Below are positions 14,028 to 24,897 of a stretch of 64,000 nucleotides of DNA, piece after piece (within the stretch, counting starts at the first letter, position 1; each line of letters begins with the position of its first letter). The notes beneath the pieces were generated by a model that was not told where the DNA came from, made no database searches, and worked only from the letters and a program-made list of their open reading frames with translations. Source of the stretch: Phaeosaccion multiseriatum (taxonomy: Eukaryota; Protista; Ochrophyta, other classes); contig OZ218964.1 in assembly GCA_965112735.1 (NCBI GenBank), forward strand, positions 1,364,001 to 1,428,000. Reading direction: 5' to 3'. The position numbers were made by a program, and so were the translations under genes.

Positions 14028-14913
14028 ATGGTAGCAGATGGTAGGGGGTATGGTAGGGTGGGGTGGGGTGGGGTGGGTCAGGGTTGGTGGGTGGGTGGGT
14101 GGGTGGGTGGAAGGGTGGGTGAGTGAGTGGGTGAGATTTGTAGGGGAGAGGGAGGGAAGAGAATGGAGGGAGGGCTTACTGCTTCATGCTGCTCCACTCG
14201 CGGGCACTCTTATCATGTGGTGCTTACTTACCATTATGTATTGTTAGTGTGCGTGGGTGAGAGCGCGGGGGCATCTTTAAACATCTGGATAACTTAGTTT
14301 GACAAGGGAAGAAAAGGAAGAGTCGGGTTATTGGTTTGAACGACCTGTTCTTCACTTGTCTCTTGCGGCCTCGCAAAGTTGTCGAGGCCGCTGCTGTGTG
14401 TCCGTCACTCTTTCAAGAATCAAAAATTAAAAATCAAGGGTGTCAAAAAAAGTCAATTTCATTATGATATGGTATGGTACTGTACCAATCACACGTTTTG
14501 ATGAGCGTAGTGTGGGCTGATTGACAGACATGTTGGACGATACACGAACGAATGCCGTTACGTGAAGCTACACATCAGATGGAGAGGCCATGCAGAGAGC
14601 AAACACAAGTAAAAGTTAGGTATGCACGCGTAGGTGGAGATGGAGTCGTCGGTGATGTGGATAAGGAATGGTCGATGGAATGTCGGTCATGTGGATAAGG
14701 AATGATGGTCGATGGAATGTGTACGCAGCGAGATATAGATGTGCTGTGCTTCTTTTGTAATCCTAAGTGGGCAAGCAGCAAGCGAGAGCAGTTTTTCAAA
14801 TCACCCCTCCTATTGTTGAAAAACTCTTTGTGCATCTCCCCAGCCAGGCCCGCCCAATACATCCACACGCACAATATCAGTGTTTCAGCGTTTCAGGTGT
14901 GTCAGTGTCGGTT

Positions 14914-17283
14914 TCAGTCATTTGTGCTGGAGATGATATCCGCCAGGGTCTCTAGCGAGTTGCTGCTCCTATGGCAATTGCCTCCCCTGTCGTGGCCTCC
15001 TCTTCTCTCCCCCCCCCCCCTCTGCTGCTGCTCCTCCTCCGTTCCGTCTCTCATCGCTTCCGTCGCCGCCGTCGGAGTGGGTGGAGGGGCGACAGAGGTG
15101 GCGGCGGCGGCGGCGCTTGTACCTGATGTAGGTACCGGTGAGGAAGAAGTAGGAGAGGAAGAGGAAGAAGAGGAAGAAGGAGAAGAGGACGGAGACGCCC
15201 CACGACCTGAGCCTGCACCCACTTCGCGAGCGCCGGGGGGTGACATACTGTTGCGGTTGCTGTTGCTGCTCTCACGGACGGACGTGTCCTTGTCGCTGCT
15301 CTTGTTCCTGTTCATGCCTTCACCGCCGGTGTTGCTGTTGCTGTTGTCGTCGCCATCCCGGGGGGGTTTGGTCGTCCCGCCGCCTTCGGAGCCGCCCCCT
15401 CCGCCCCCCCCTCCCCCCTCACAATGCATAGGCTCCACTCCTCTGCCTTGCCCCTGCCCTTGCCCCTGCCCCTGGCCACCGTACTGCCCCGACCCGATGC
15501 CGCCGTATTGGCCTGCCTGCTCTCGCAGGAGAGGGGTGAGGATCTGCTTAAAGTCCGCCTCTGTTAGAGAAGACATGTCCCTGACGTGTTTGTGCCCCTT
15601 GCGCTTCTTGGCGGGCTCGCCTCCCCCCACCCCTCCTCCTCCTCCTCCTCCTCCTCCTCCTCCTCCTCCTCCTCCTTCTCCTCCTCCTCCTCCTCCCCCC
15701 AGCCCGACCACCGCGTCCATTGCACCGGTATCGTTGATGGAAGGCATCCTGTGGTGACTGGGAAAGCCTCCTACCCCACCCACCCCCCCTCCCATTGTGC
15801 CGTATCGGTCATAGCGATGCGCAGGAGGTATGCGTGTATGCCCTTGCTCCTGCATGGACGACGCGTGCGCCTGCTGCCCGAAAGGTGGTGGAGAGGCCAT
15901 GTGTTTGTCATCTTCCGGCGGTTTGAACACTGTGCAGCTGCTGCTCAGGGGCGCTCGCTGGTCGGAGGAGGGGCCATTTGGAGGACCAGTTTGGTCCATG
16001 TCCATCCCACTGGGAAACGCCATGCCCCGGGGCCCCACCCCACCTTCCCGGAGCTGGTGCTGCTGACGCTGGTGCTGCTGGTGCTGGTGTTGAGACTCTT
16101 GCTCGTAGATATGCTGCTGATGTTGCTGATGCGGGTCGAGGTGATGGCTGTCGGTCGAGTACAGCTGTTTGCTATACTCTCCAGTACTCACATTGACGTC
16201 AGGGTCTGTCTTCATGTACTGACTGCTCTGCTTGTCGTTGCCCCTGCTGCCGCTGCTGTCACTGACACCACTGCCAACCCCGAGGTGGCCATCGCGTCTG
16301 TCCTCCTTCGGCTGTGGAAGGAGGTGATACGCCCCTCTCGGTCCTGGGACACTGCCTCTCGGCGAGTTGCTCATTGAGCTTAGTATCCTGCTTGCTGATC
16401 CAGACTGCCCCTCATAGGGGGAGGGATGGGCCCTCTTGTACCCCCTCCTCGCCGCCTCTGCTTCAAACTTCATCTCGTCTGCGGTTTGCCCCTGCCCTTG
16501 GTGCCCACTTGAGTGGTGCATGAGGCGGGGGTGCTGGGGGTGCTGGTGTGAGTGTTGGTGGTGCGGCTGCTGATGCGACTGATGCGGATGCTGCTGCGCG
16601 GGGTGGTACGGAAAGGCACTGTGAGAAATTGGCCCGTGTTGCGACGGCCCTTGCGAGCCTCCATACCCCTGCGGCGTGTGCTGCTGCGTGTGCTGCTGCT
16701 GTTGGTGTCGGTGCGACTGCGGCGGTGGCGACTGCTGGCCATACGGCATACTCACTGGCGGCATGGACCCGGTCATACTCGATCGCTGCGTTGACCTTTC
16801 CTGCTGCTGCGAGGACCTTTCCTGCGGCGGCTGCGAAGGCGAGGGCCTCTCCTGCTGTGAGGCCTGCTGGGAGGAGGAGGAGGCCCTGTCCTGTTGTTGT
16901 TGTTGTTGTTGTTGTTTTTGTTGTTGTTGCTGTTGCTGCTGCTTTTGCTGGGAGCTGACATGATGAAAGTCGTCTGGCACCGACGCGTGGCGCTTGCGAC
17001 ACTGCAAGATGGCGCTTACAGGCATACCCACGAGCTCCTGGTTCAGATATACCACCTTGGAGAATTGGCTAAGGCGGCCGCCGCTCGTTTTCTTGAACCC
17101 GTGATAGTTGAGCTGCCGCTGGAAGGACGCCCAGTTTCGATGGCGAAAGTGGCGACTGATGCAACTCTCCAGCTCCTCCAGACCGGCCTCGAAAGTCACG
17201 GCGCCATCGTTGTAGCACATAACCTTCCCGCCCTTATTCTCCTCGAGCATGGCCACTAGCTTGGAGGTGAATTGCGCCGTCAT
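14914..17283 (-). CDS. HSF-type DNA-binding domain transcription factor, intronless, Q/H/G-rich tail (789 aa)
   Basis: N-terminal FTSKLVAML...HFRHRNWASFQRQLNYHGFKK matches the HSF DNA-binding domain core; single long ORF. Confidence 0.9.
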   Translation of the reverse strand: MTAQFTSKLVAMLEENKGGKVMCYNDGAVTFEAGLEELESCISRHFRHRNWASFQRQLNYHGFKKTSGGRLSQFSKVVYLNQELVGMPVSAILQCRKRHASVPDDFHHVSSQQKQQQQQQQQKQQQQQQQQDRASSSSQQASQQERPSPSQPPQERSSQQQERSTQRSSMTGSMPPVSMPYGQQSPPPQSHRHQQQQHTQQHTPQGYGGSQGPSQHGPISHSAFPYHPAQQHPHQSHQQPHHQHSHQHPQHPRLMHHSSGHQGQGQTADEMKFEAEAARRGYKRAHPSPYEGQSGSASRILSSMSNSPRGSVPGPRGAYHLLPQPKEDRRDGHLGVGSGVSDSSGSRGNDKQSSQYMKTDPDVNVSTGEYSKQLYSTDSHHLDPHQQHQQHIYEQESQHQHQQHQRQQHQLREGGVGPRGMAFPSGMDMDQTGPPNGPSSDQRAPLSSSCTVFKPPEDDKHMASPPPFGQQAHASSMQEQGHTRIPPAHRYDRYGTMGGGVGGVGGFPSHHRMPSINDTGAMDAVVGLGGGGGGGEGGGGGGGGGGGGGGGVGGGEPAKKRKGHKHVRDMSSLTEADFKQILTPLLREQAGQYGGIGSGQYGGQGQGQGQGQGRGVEPMHCEGGGGGGGGGSEGGGTTKPPRDGDDNSNSNTGGEGMNRNKSSDKDTSVRESSNSNRNSMSPPGAREVGAGSGRGASPSSSPSSSSSSSSPTSSSPVPTSGTSAAAAATSVAPPPTPTAATEAMRDGTEEEQQQRGGGERRGGHDRGGNCHRSSNSLETLADIISSTND

Positions 17284-17879
17284 GATCTCACCTCTACAGC
17301 TGACTCCCAGCCGCGAGAGTCACACCCGCTCCTCACGGTTCTTGAGACACGCTTTATCTTCTCCCAAACAATCCCCCTCTACCTCCCATGTGTCATTTCC
17401 AGCGCTGAGCTCCGAGAATGGATCAGCTGGAGGCCCCAGAGTCCTGCAGCAGCACGCGCCTTAGGTGGAGGTAAAAAAAACAGGTCTCGCACCAGCAGAA
17501 GCCACACACACAGTCAAGTCCCTCGCTTCCCGCCTCCTCTGGGCTCAAACAAAGCACAGTTGGGCAGCGTCGAGAGTGTGAGACACGTCCTCGCGCGAAA
17601 TCCGTCCGGGCCTTCAACAAGGTCTCGAAAGAAATAAAGCGCTCCTCCCTTGCTTTTGGTGGTGGTCTCCTTCTCCTCCTCCTCCTCCTCCTGCTGCTGC
17701 TATCTGCTGCTTTAGACGACTGGGTCTATCCAATGCTGGGTCGATGGAGGAAATTCGGCACCAAATTCGGGGCCCCATCGAGGGTTCAGGCCTATATACC
17801 TCTAAATGTCCTGTCTTGTACACACCTCCAACCGTTTCACAAGTACGTTTTCTTTTTTTTTTGAACGGCTTAACTCTAT

Positions 17880-18120
17880 GGCTTATTTTCCTTCTTGGAG
17901 GGGTGGAGAAGGGGGTTGAAAGCGGCACGGCTCTCTTTGTGTTTTGTGCAGGGAGGGAGTTGCATTTTCGAAAGGCTTAACTCTATTTTTTGCCACCTTC
18001 GCATTTCATCAGGGGCTTATTCGTTCTTGGAGGGGGTGGAGAAGGGGGTTGAAAGCGGCACGGCTCTCTTTGTGTTTTGTGCTGGGAGGGAGTTGCGTTT
18101 TCGAAAGGCTTAACTCTATT
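17880..18120. repeat. ~105-bp imperfect direct repeat, 2 copies, upstream of the HSF gene
   Basis: GGCTTATT..TTCTTGGAGGGGTGGAGAAGGGGGTTGAAAGCGGCACGGCTCTCTTTGTGTTTTGTGC...TTTTCGAAAGGCTTAACTCTATT at ~17880-17987 and ~18015-18120. Confidence 0.92.
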
Positions 18121-18496
18121 CTTTGCCCCTTGAATTTAATCAAAAGAGTTAGCTATTTTAATATATTGATCTACTATTGAGATGGAGTGAAGAAGGCAAG
18201 GCGATGCAGCCCGAAACACCCAGTGGAGGCCCAACAACTTGGTCCTGCTGTTGAAGCATTTTTGATACCAACTCTAGGCAACTCTACCAACTCTACCAAC
18301 TCTAGGCGCCAGGGAGGCGGCCTGCAGTCCCCCTGAGGGCGGGGTAGACTAGCTGTGGCGCACAGCCAGCCGGCAGCCCCTTTGGGGTCAACAGTCCGCC
18401 ATTGGTTCAGGCCTGAACTGAGCCTGACACTCCTCGCACGGCCTGAGGGAGGGCCGAAGGGAGGGAGAGAGTGAAGAGAGTCTCCCCCCCATCTTC

Positions 18497-20029
18497 TCAG
18501 TAGAGAGGGGTGCGCATCATGGGGTCCTCCAAGTCGAACCAAGACATCTGCACCACCCCCACCAGCCGCTCGGGCAGCTCCTCGGCCGCAGTGCCCTCTA
18601 TGATGATGCCCACTTCGCAGTCGATGTTGCGGCTATAGCCCCGACAGCAGCTCACAATCTTGTCGGCCATTGGGGATACGCTGGGGTCGACAGAAACCTC
18701 CACCAGAAGGCCATCCGGGCTGCAGAAATACTTTTGCTCCACACGCTGGCCGAGCAGCACAGGCACCGTTCGGACAAGCTTCTTGACGAGGAAGGGCCCT
18801 TCCCGAATCCGCGTCACGAGCTTAAACCTTTGGTTGCGGAAGTCTGAGGCAGGGAGCACACCCCGTGCTGCTCCTCCTCCTCCCGCCTCTGCTGAGGCCT
18901 GAGCTGCGGCGTCTGCGGCGAGTCTCCGCTTGCCACGGGGAGATAGGGACAGAAACTTGCCCCTTAACTTGCCCCCGGGCGATCGCGACGGCGCACATGC
19001 AGGACCGGCAGCAGCAGCAGCAGCAGCACCAGCACCATCACCAGCAGCCTCAGGAGAAACGCCCACGGCCGCCTTAACAGCCACTGGCTCTGGCACGATG
19101 GCGAAGGTCCTCACCAACTTCAGCGCAGGATCATTCGGCGCCCGCGCGACCTCCTCCATGTCCATCCCAAAGTACCACACGAGCTTGACAGGAGGGGTGC
19201 CTGCCACTGAGATGCTCACCACAAAGATCAAGGCATCTTCGCCCACACTCTGCCGAAGGGCCGCGACCCTCTCTGCGCACTTGCCCTCTTTGGTGAGATT
19301 GTCGAAGGGTCTACTGCGCTCCTCTTCCCCACCACCCGTACTACTGCTGCTGCCGCTACTGCTGCTGCTGCTACTGCCGCTGCTGCTGATGCTAGCTTGG
19401 CCGCTGCCCGGAAGCTCAAAGGCATCCACGTGTAAGAGCCTGAACAACGGCTTCCCTCCGGCCATCTTCTTTCCATCTGTCAAATATCCCACATCTCTGA
19501 CTTCGAGCCCGTGGTCGCCGCTGCCGTCGCCCCAATACTCTGCTGGTGCACGTGGTGTGGCAGTGTTTCCCCCATGGGGCATCGATGTGGGCGTGCTTGA
19601 CGTCGACAAAACCAAAGTCACCTCCTCCTCTTCTTCAAGCGCCTGCTCTCACGTCATGGGAGGGGGGGGGAGGGGGGGCAATACAGTGACATTTGCAGCA
19701 ACACAAACGAGTCAGCGGATCGTGAGGGGCACGAAGATAGGGCAACACCAGAGCGTTTCCTTTCTGAGGCGCATGAGCTCGTATATGTAAGATCTGCTCT
19801 TCAGAGGGATGCAAACAAACTTTCAGCAGTGGAAAAACGGTCGCATCGCTAAATAGGAAGTATGCCTCTCACTCACCCCTGCTGCGTCTCTCTCTCCTTC
19901 TGTTGTTGTTGCTTCTGCATTTTCTGCTCCCCCTGCTGAGAGAAACAGCTTGTCCAAAACGAGAGGAGTACTTTCCCCCCCTTGTGTCCTGGGCTTCCCT
20001 GAATCCACGCTCGAGACTAGCTCCGCCAT
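18497..20029 (-). CDS. DUF1336 / EDR2 C-terminal domain protein (2 exons)
   Basis: EVRDVGYLTDGKKM...RNQRFKLVTRIREGPFLVKKLV..PVLLG...IIIEGTAAEELPERLVGVV is typical of DUF1336. Probable exon 1 at ~19877-20029 and exon 2 at 18497-~19642. Confidence 0.85.
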
Positions 20030-20363
20030 CACCAATCCCTATCGCGATATCATCCTTGCTGCGTGGGTGCACCCGGCTGATTCGGTGAGCGCGATTGCCT
20101 TCCTCGCGAAAAAAATCCTTCTTGTATCGTAGGCGGCCTCCGTGTTCGGTAGCAGTAGGGAACCAGATGTAGTTCTCACTCGCTATGCAAAGGAGACAAG
20201 AATAGCGCGTGCAAGCAGAGAAAAAGACCGGAGGGAGGAAGGAAGACAGAACAGCAGTTTCAATTTCAGTTCTGTAGCCTTGCTCTATTTATTATCGGCC
20301 ATCCCCAAACCTGTTTTGTTCTAAAATGTTTTGCTTTGCCACCCCTCCAGCCGGCGTGCTATC

Positions 20364-20433
20364 TGCTATCGGCTGGCGGCCGATAGTATGCCAGCCAGCC
20401 GATAGCATGCTATCGAGAATGTGGTCGATAGCA
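20364..20433. promoter_or_regulatory. Cluster of inverted CTATCG/CGATAG repeats (nested palindromes)
   Basis: TGCTATCGGCTGGC (20364-20377) is the exact reverse complement of 20394-20407; TGCTATCGA (20408-20416) pairs with 20425-20433. The regulatory role is an inference. Confidence 0.45.
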
Positions 20434-21159
20434 CGTCAGGGGTCGATGATTAGATTACGCGCCACTCCACTCTCTCTATCATTCGAAAGATCTTGTTCCC
20501 ATCAGCCCGTCGACACGCCGATCGCAGCGAGGCAGCCAGGCAGCGAGGTAGGAGGGCATCCGCTCGAGGTGCCACCCGACCAGGACCAAGCCAGGAGCAA
20601 GAGCGAAGGGAATGTGCGAGTCTCCTGGACCGAGAGCAGCAAAACCAAGCCCATCAGCGCGCAGGCTGCATGAGGGACTTGGGCCCATCGCCGCTGCTGT
20701 CGCTACCTTGCATGCCTACAGCTTGCTGGGCACGAGGACAAGCAGAGAAGAGTCGCCCTTGCCACGGCGACGCAAACGCCCCTGCTTGTGGGCCCCCTGG
20801 CCCTGCTGCTTTTGGTTGCGGCCCCTTCCCAAGAAGCTCAATGCCGGGCCCGAGAGGGAAACTGCAGCCAAGACTGACTGCCCGCAGATGCGTCCGTCTG
20901 TTCTTCGATGCAACAGTTGGAGCGAAGGACCAAAGAAGACCAGACAAAAAGTGCATACGGATCTCATGGATGTTCTTGTCGCCGGCCTTGGAAGCAGAAG
21001 CACCCCCCCAAGTGAGCCGAGTCTACGCTTCGGAATTCTCCTGTCTTCCACCAGCAGTACAGGGTAGTGGCAGGAGCCGCATTGTGGGGGCTTTTCGCGC
21101 CAGCGCCACATACTGTCGCACTCTGGGCGAGGGGCTTTGCTGCTCTTCTCCTCACAGGC

Positions 21160-21462
21160 TCATCCCGTCCGCCGATTTGCAACAGCTCTCACATGCTTGG
21201 CAGAATATGCTCCTCCTCCGCCTCCTCCGCCTTTGGCACGACCGCCAGGATTTTCATAGTCCAGGTAGTCGTCCTCAAAGTCAAACTGTGAGGAGTCCAC
21301 AGACTGAACCGATTCGCCCCTCTCCAGTTCTGGAGCTGGAAGTATTGGGGAGGGCTGCACCTGCTGCTGCAGCTGCTCCTGCTGCTTCTCCTGCTGTTGT
21401 TGCTGCTCCTTCAGCTGCATGCCTGCCTCTGTCGCTGCCTTTGCTCCAGATTCTCCACTCAT
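21160..21462 (-). CDS. Small acidic/Gly-rich hypothetical protein (100 aa)
   Basis: ATG after an AT-rich leader, divergent from SmF; protein-like composition (poly-Q, FDFEDDYLDY, GGGGGAYSAKHVRA). Confidence 0.55.
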   Translation of the reverse strand: MSGESGAKAATEAGMQLKEQQQQQEKQQEQLQQQVQPSPILPAPELERGESVQSVDSSQFDFEDDYLDYENPGGRAKGGGGGGGAYSAKHVRAVANRRTG

Positions 21463-21753
21463 TTTAGTTTACACTTTAAGGCAAGAGCTCCTGTGTCGTC
21501 TTGTTATCACTCTTCTTTTTCGACTGCTAATCTGCTAATGTCAATCTCGTCAAGGGAGGCTTTGTGTTGTGTGCATTACATTCGCGGATCGATCGCGCCC
21601 GTCCATTTGCTAAGAGAGTTGGTGCTCCGCTACGCCAGGAACCCCGGGGGCCCGCCCCAGCTGCCCTCGATTGCCCTCTTTGTACGATCAAGGCAAAGGG
21701 CATCACACTAGGGCAGTAGGATCCACGGTGAAACCCACAAAACTTCGGCAGAC

Positions 21754-22101
21754 ATGGCGACACCGGTGAATCCCAAGCCCTTCCTCACAGAACTTACGGG
21801 CAAGTCGGTGATAGTCAAGCTGAAGTGGGGAATGGAGTACAAGGGATACCTTGCCAGCGTAGACAGCTACATGAACTTGCAGCTCACGAGCACGGAGGAG
21901 TGGATGGACGGGAAGTATGCAGGCAACCTCGGGGAGGTGCTCATCCGATGTAATAACGTGCTGCATTTGAGAGGCTCGGAAGCCGCCGGCTCAGCCGGGG
22001 AGGAGAAGGTTAGCAGTCGAATGGACGACGAGGGAGTGGAGGAGGAGAAGGGGGGGGAGCAGAATGAGGATCGAAGTAATGAGGACGCCATGGAGACATG
22101 A
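21754..22101 (+). CDS. SNRPF: Small nuclear ribonucleoprotein F (SmF), intronless
   Basis: [47 protein letters not shown]...[14 protein letters not shown]. Confidence 0.97.
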   Translation: MATPVNPKPFLTELTGKSVIVKLKWGMEYKGYLASVDSYMNLQLTSTEEWMDGKYAGNLGEVLIRCNNVLHLRGSEAAGSAGEEKVSSRMDDEGVEEEKGGEQNEDRSNEDAMET

Positions 22102-22892
22102 TGATGCAGAGGAGCGAACGGACGAGACGAGAATCCATCTTCTGCTTTCTGCCCTCTTCTGCTGGATCTTCTCTGCCCTTACGACATTATATACATCATC
22201 GAGGGGCGAAAGGTGGGGATGGAGAGGGGCGCAATTGATGGAATTTGGGGAACGCTCGTAATATCTCTCGCTTCTTCAGGGGTGGTTGTCAGTGCTCTTC
22301 TGTGCAACCATGCGAAGAGCAAGTAGAACGGGGGATGAAGAGAAAATAGGCCAGGCAAACTGGCGAGAGTGCACCACCCACCTCCTCGTCGTGGAGGGAG
22401 AGTGGACAATCGAAGGCGCTGCTGACCACAGTTGTGGAGAGTGCACGCGATTTGGTGCCGTGTTGCTGAGATGTGGGGCTCAGCAGGACCGCAGCCGCAG
22501 CAAGGGCAGCGACAGCAGCGCAGCTCCAGCAGGGTTACCAGCAACCGCAGGGGGAGGGAACAGGTGCGAAGGGAGTAGTGGTGGCTGGAAGAGGCACATT
22601 GAAGACAGGGGGAACTGGCCAAAGCGAGGTTGCAGCAGCATAGATGGGGGGGGGGGGGGGGCTGCGAAATGCCGTTGTTCGGTTCCATCGACTTTTTTTG
22701 TAAGTCCACCTGTCGAGCGCCGCGCGTTGGTATGTAGCCTACAAACAAGTGCTTACCAGGAGAGCTGAGCTACTCTAAGCGAATAGACTTTGACGCATCT
22801 GCTTACACTCTTTCCTTCCATCCATTTGTATTGAAGCAAAGGGTTGTTTGCTTGTTTGGGCGATGGATGTATGCCGTCTGTTGTACTGCCAG

Positions 22893-23599
22893 TCATGCCC
22901 ATATACAAAGGCTCTTATCCCAAGAGCAACTGGCCACCACACCCGGCGAAAACAAGCTATAATCTATGCCGGACACGAATTCGGTGTGGTGGGTGCACTG
23001 CGTTTCTACAACGCCGCAGCTTGCGTTCGGACCCTCTCCTGCCCCTGCCGCTGCCGCTGCCTTGGCTGCTGCTGATGCTGCTTGGGGAGGGGAAGAGAGG
23101 GAAGGGGAGGAGGGCAGCGTGGAGCACCTCCACTGAGCCCAAGTCATGTCGTACGAGGCAGACGCCAGCACTCCTCCTCGGTGTGGGGAGCACGCAACCT
23201 TCTTGACAGCGTAGTCGTGGCCTGCGAGGATGAGCAGGGGAGCGCTTGGCATGCGCACATCCCACACACGCACAGACCTGTCGGCAGAGGAGGACACGAG
23301 TCGGTGCTGAGAGTACTTGTCCCAGTCAACCGACAGAACGTGTGCCTGGTGGGCGGAGATCTGCGAAGCAAACAATAGAGGGACGAGGGGGGAAGGGAAG
23401 AAGGGAGGGTAGGGCGCGAGTGTGACACATTAGCCCGCGCTCACACCTCGCTGACGCCTCACCCCCCCCTCCCCTATGTCCAACCTCTGCTGCTGCTGTT
23501 GCTGCTGCTACTACTACTACTGCGGCGCCACATATGAGGCTGAAGTTCATCTCGCAGTGGCGGTAAGTGCACAATGGTAACGACACTAAAGCCTGTTTG

Positions 23600-23643
<44 letters not shown>

Positions 23644-24573
23644 TACCCACTGTGCAGCCCCTCGCATACTCGTGTCGTAGATACGCACGCCCCCGTCTTC
23701 GGAGCAAGAGGCCACCGTCGATGCCGCATGCGGGGCCCAGCTGCAGGCGTACACACTTGCAGGCTCTGCGTACGTGCACAGACTCCGTGGGCAGGAGGGG
23801 TCCCAAAGCTTGAGCGTGCGGTCCCAAGAGGCCGTTGCGAAGGTCGCTTTGGAGGTCAAGTTCCACTCGACACACGCAGTCTCTGCACCACAAACGGAGG
23901 GGGAGAAGAGGTTCCGGGGGCGAGATGTGGTAGTGGTGGGGGGGGGGGTGGGGGTTTAGAGGCAGTGAGTGGTGATGAAAAAACACTCGAGCGTTGTCGA
24001 TCCAGGCCAGCAGGTAGGCGGCTTGAAGTCAGGACATTAGCGCAAATGGCACCAATAACAAAGAGGAGACAGGGGGGCGAGAAGTGCGCCACAGACAGCA
24101 GCGGAAGAGACAAAGCGTCAGTCGCCATTTGCAGGGACAACACTTTCACCCCCGGCTCGAGAGGGAAGAAAAGGGAAGAAAAATCAAAGACTAATCCCAA
24201 CCAGTCAAAGAAGCGTCGCACCTTGTGTGTGCTCGTGCCAAGTAGCTACCGGTAGGGCCTCTCCCACACCGAGGTCCCACATTCGCACAGCACCATCGGC
24301 ACTGACGCCCACCAGCTGGAGGTCGTTGAGCTCGTTCCAGGCACTATCGTACAGACCATGCTGCGTCTGAAATACTGCCACTTCGACCAAGCGCCGTCCT
24401 CCGTCCACCAAGTCCAGCACGTGTTGGCGGCCGTTACCGACAATGCCGAAGTACTGGCTCGTGGACACGGTGAGGCGCTCCGGTCGGAAGGGGCTCCACT
24501 GCACGGCTTGGCAGCTGAAGGGGGCCACGAAGGTGGCCAGTAGCCTGGGTGGCGCCTGTTCGGGCTGTTTCAT
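22893..24573 (-). CDS. PEX7: Peroxisomal targeting signal 2 receptor PEX7 (WD40), 3 exons
   Basis: VQWSPFRPERLTVSTSQYFGIVGNGRQHVL, GLYDSAWNE, ASWDRTLKLWD, VLSVDWDKY, GHDYAVKKV, SASYDMT, HHTEFVSGID, SCSWD. Exons 24222-24573, 23647-23882 and 22893-23360 join in frame. Confidence 0.95.
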
Positions 24574-24897
24574 TAAGGGCATTGAGAGCGTAAACTGCTC
24601 AAAGTCCGCTATATCTCACAGCTCAGTCGGTGCACTCTGAAGGAGAGGGGGGCGAAAGAGGGAAGGAAAGAGAGATCCACGGCGCCCAGAGCGAGCTGCG
24701 CCTGCCTCGTGAGGATTCATGGATACGCGACGACCCCTTAGTAGCCTCCCCTACCCGGGACCTCTTCTTCCTGGCCGGAAATAGAGATAAATACGGGAAG
24801 AAGCACCAATAGAAGAAGAGGGGGGGGGCGTGGTGGTTCTCCGCCGTGGACTCACAGCGGGGGTTCCCGGCGAGGCAGACTGCTTCCATTTTGCAAG

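Noticed and set aside
14702-15757. 351-aa + strand ORF
   Set aside because: Antisense shadow of the HSF CDS in GC-rich, low-complexity DNA.
18930-19790. 286-aa + strand ORF
   Set aside because: Antisense to the DUF1336 CDS.
20493-21467. 324-aa + strand ORF
   Set aside because: No ATG start or recognisable motifs; overlaps the more plausible minus-strand small gene and its probable 3' UTR.
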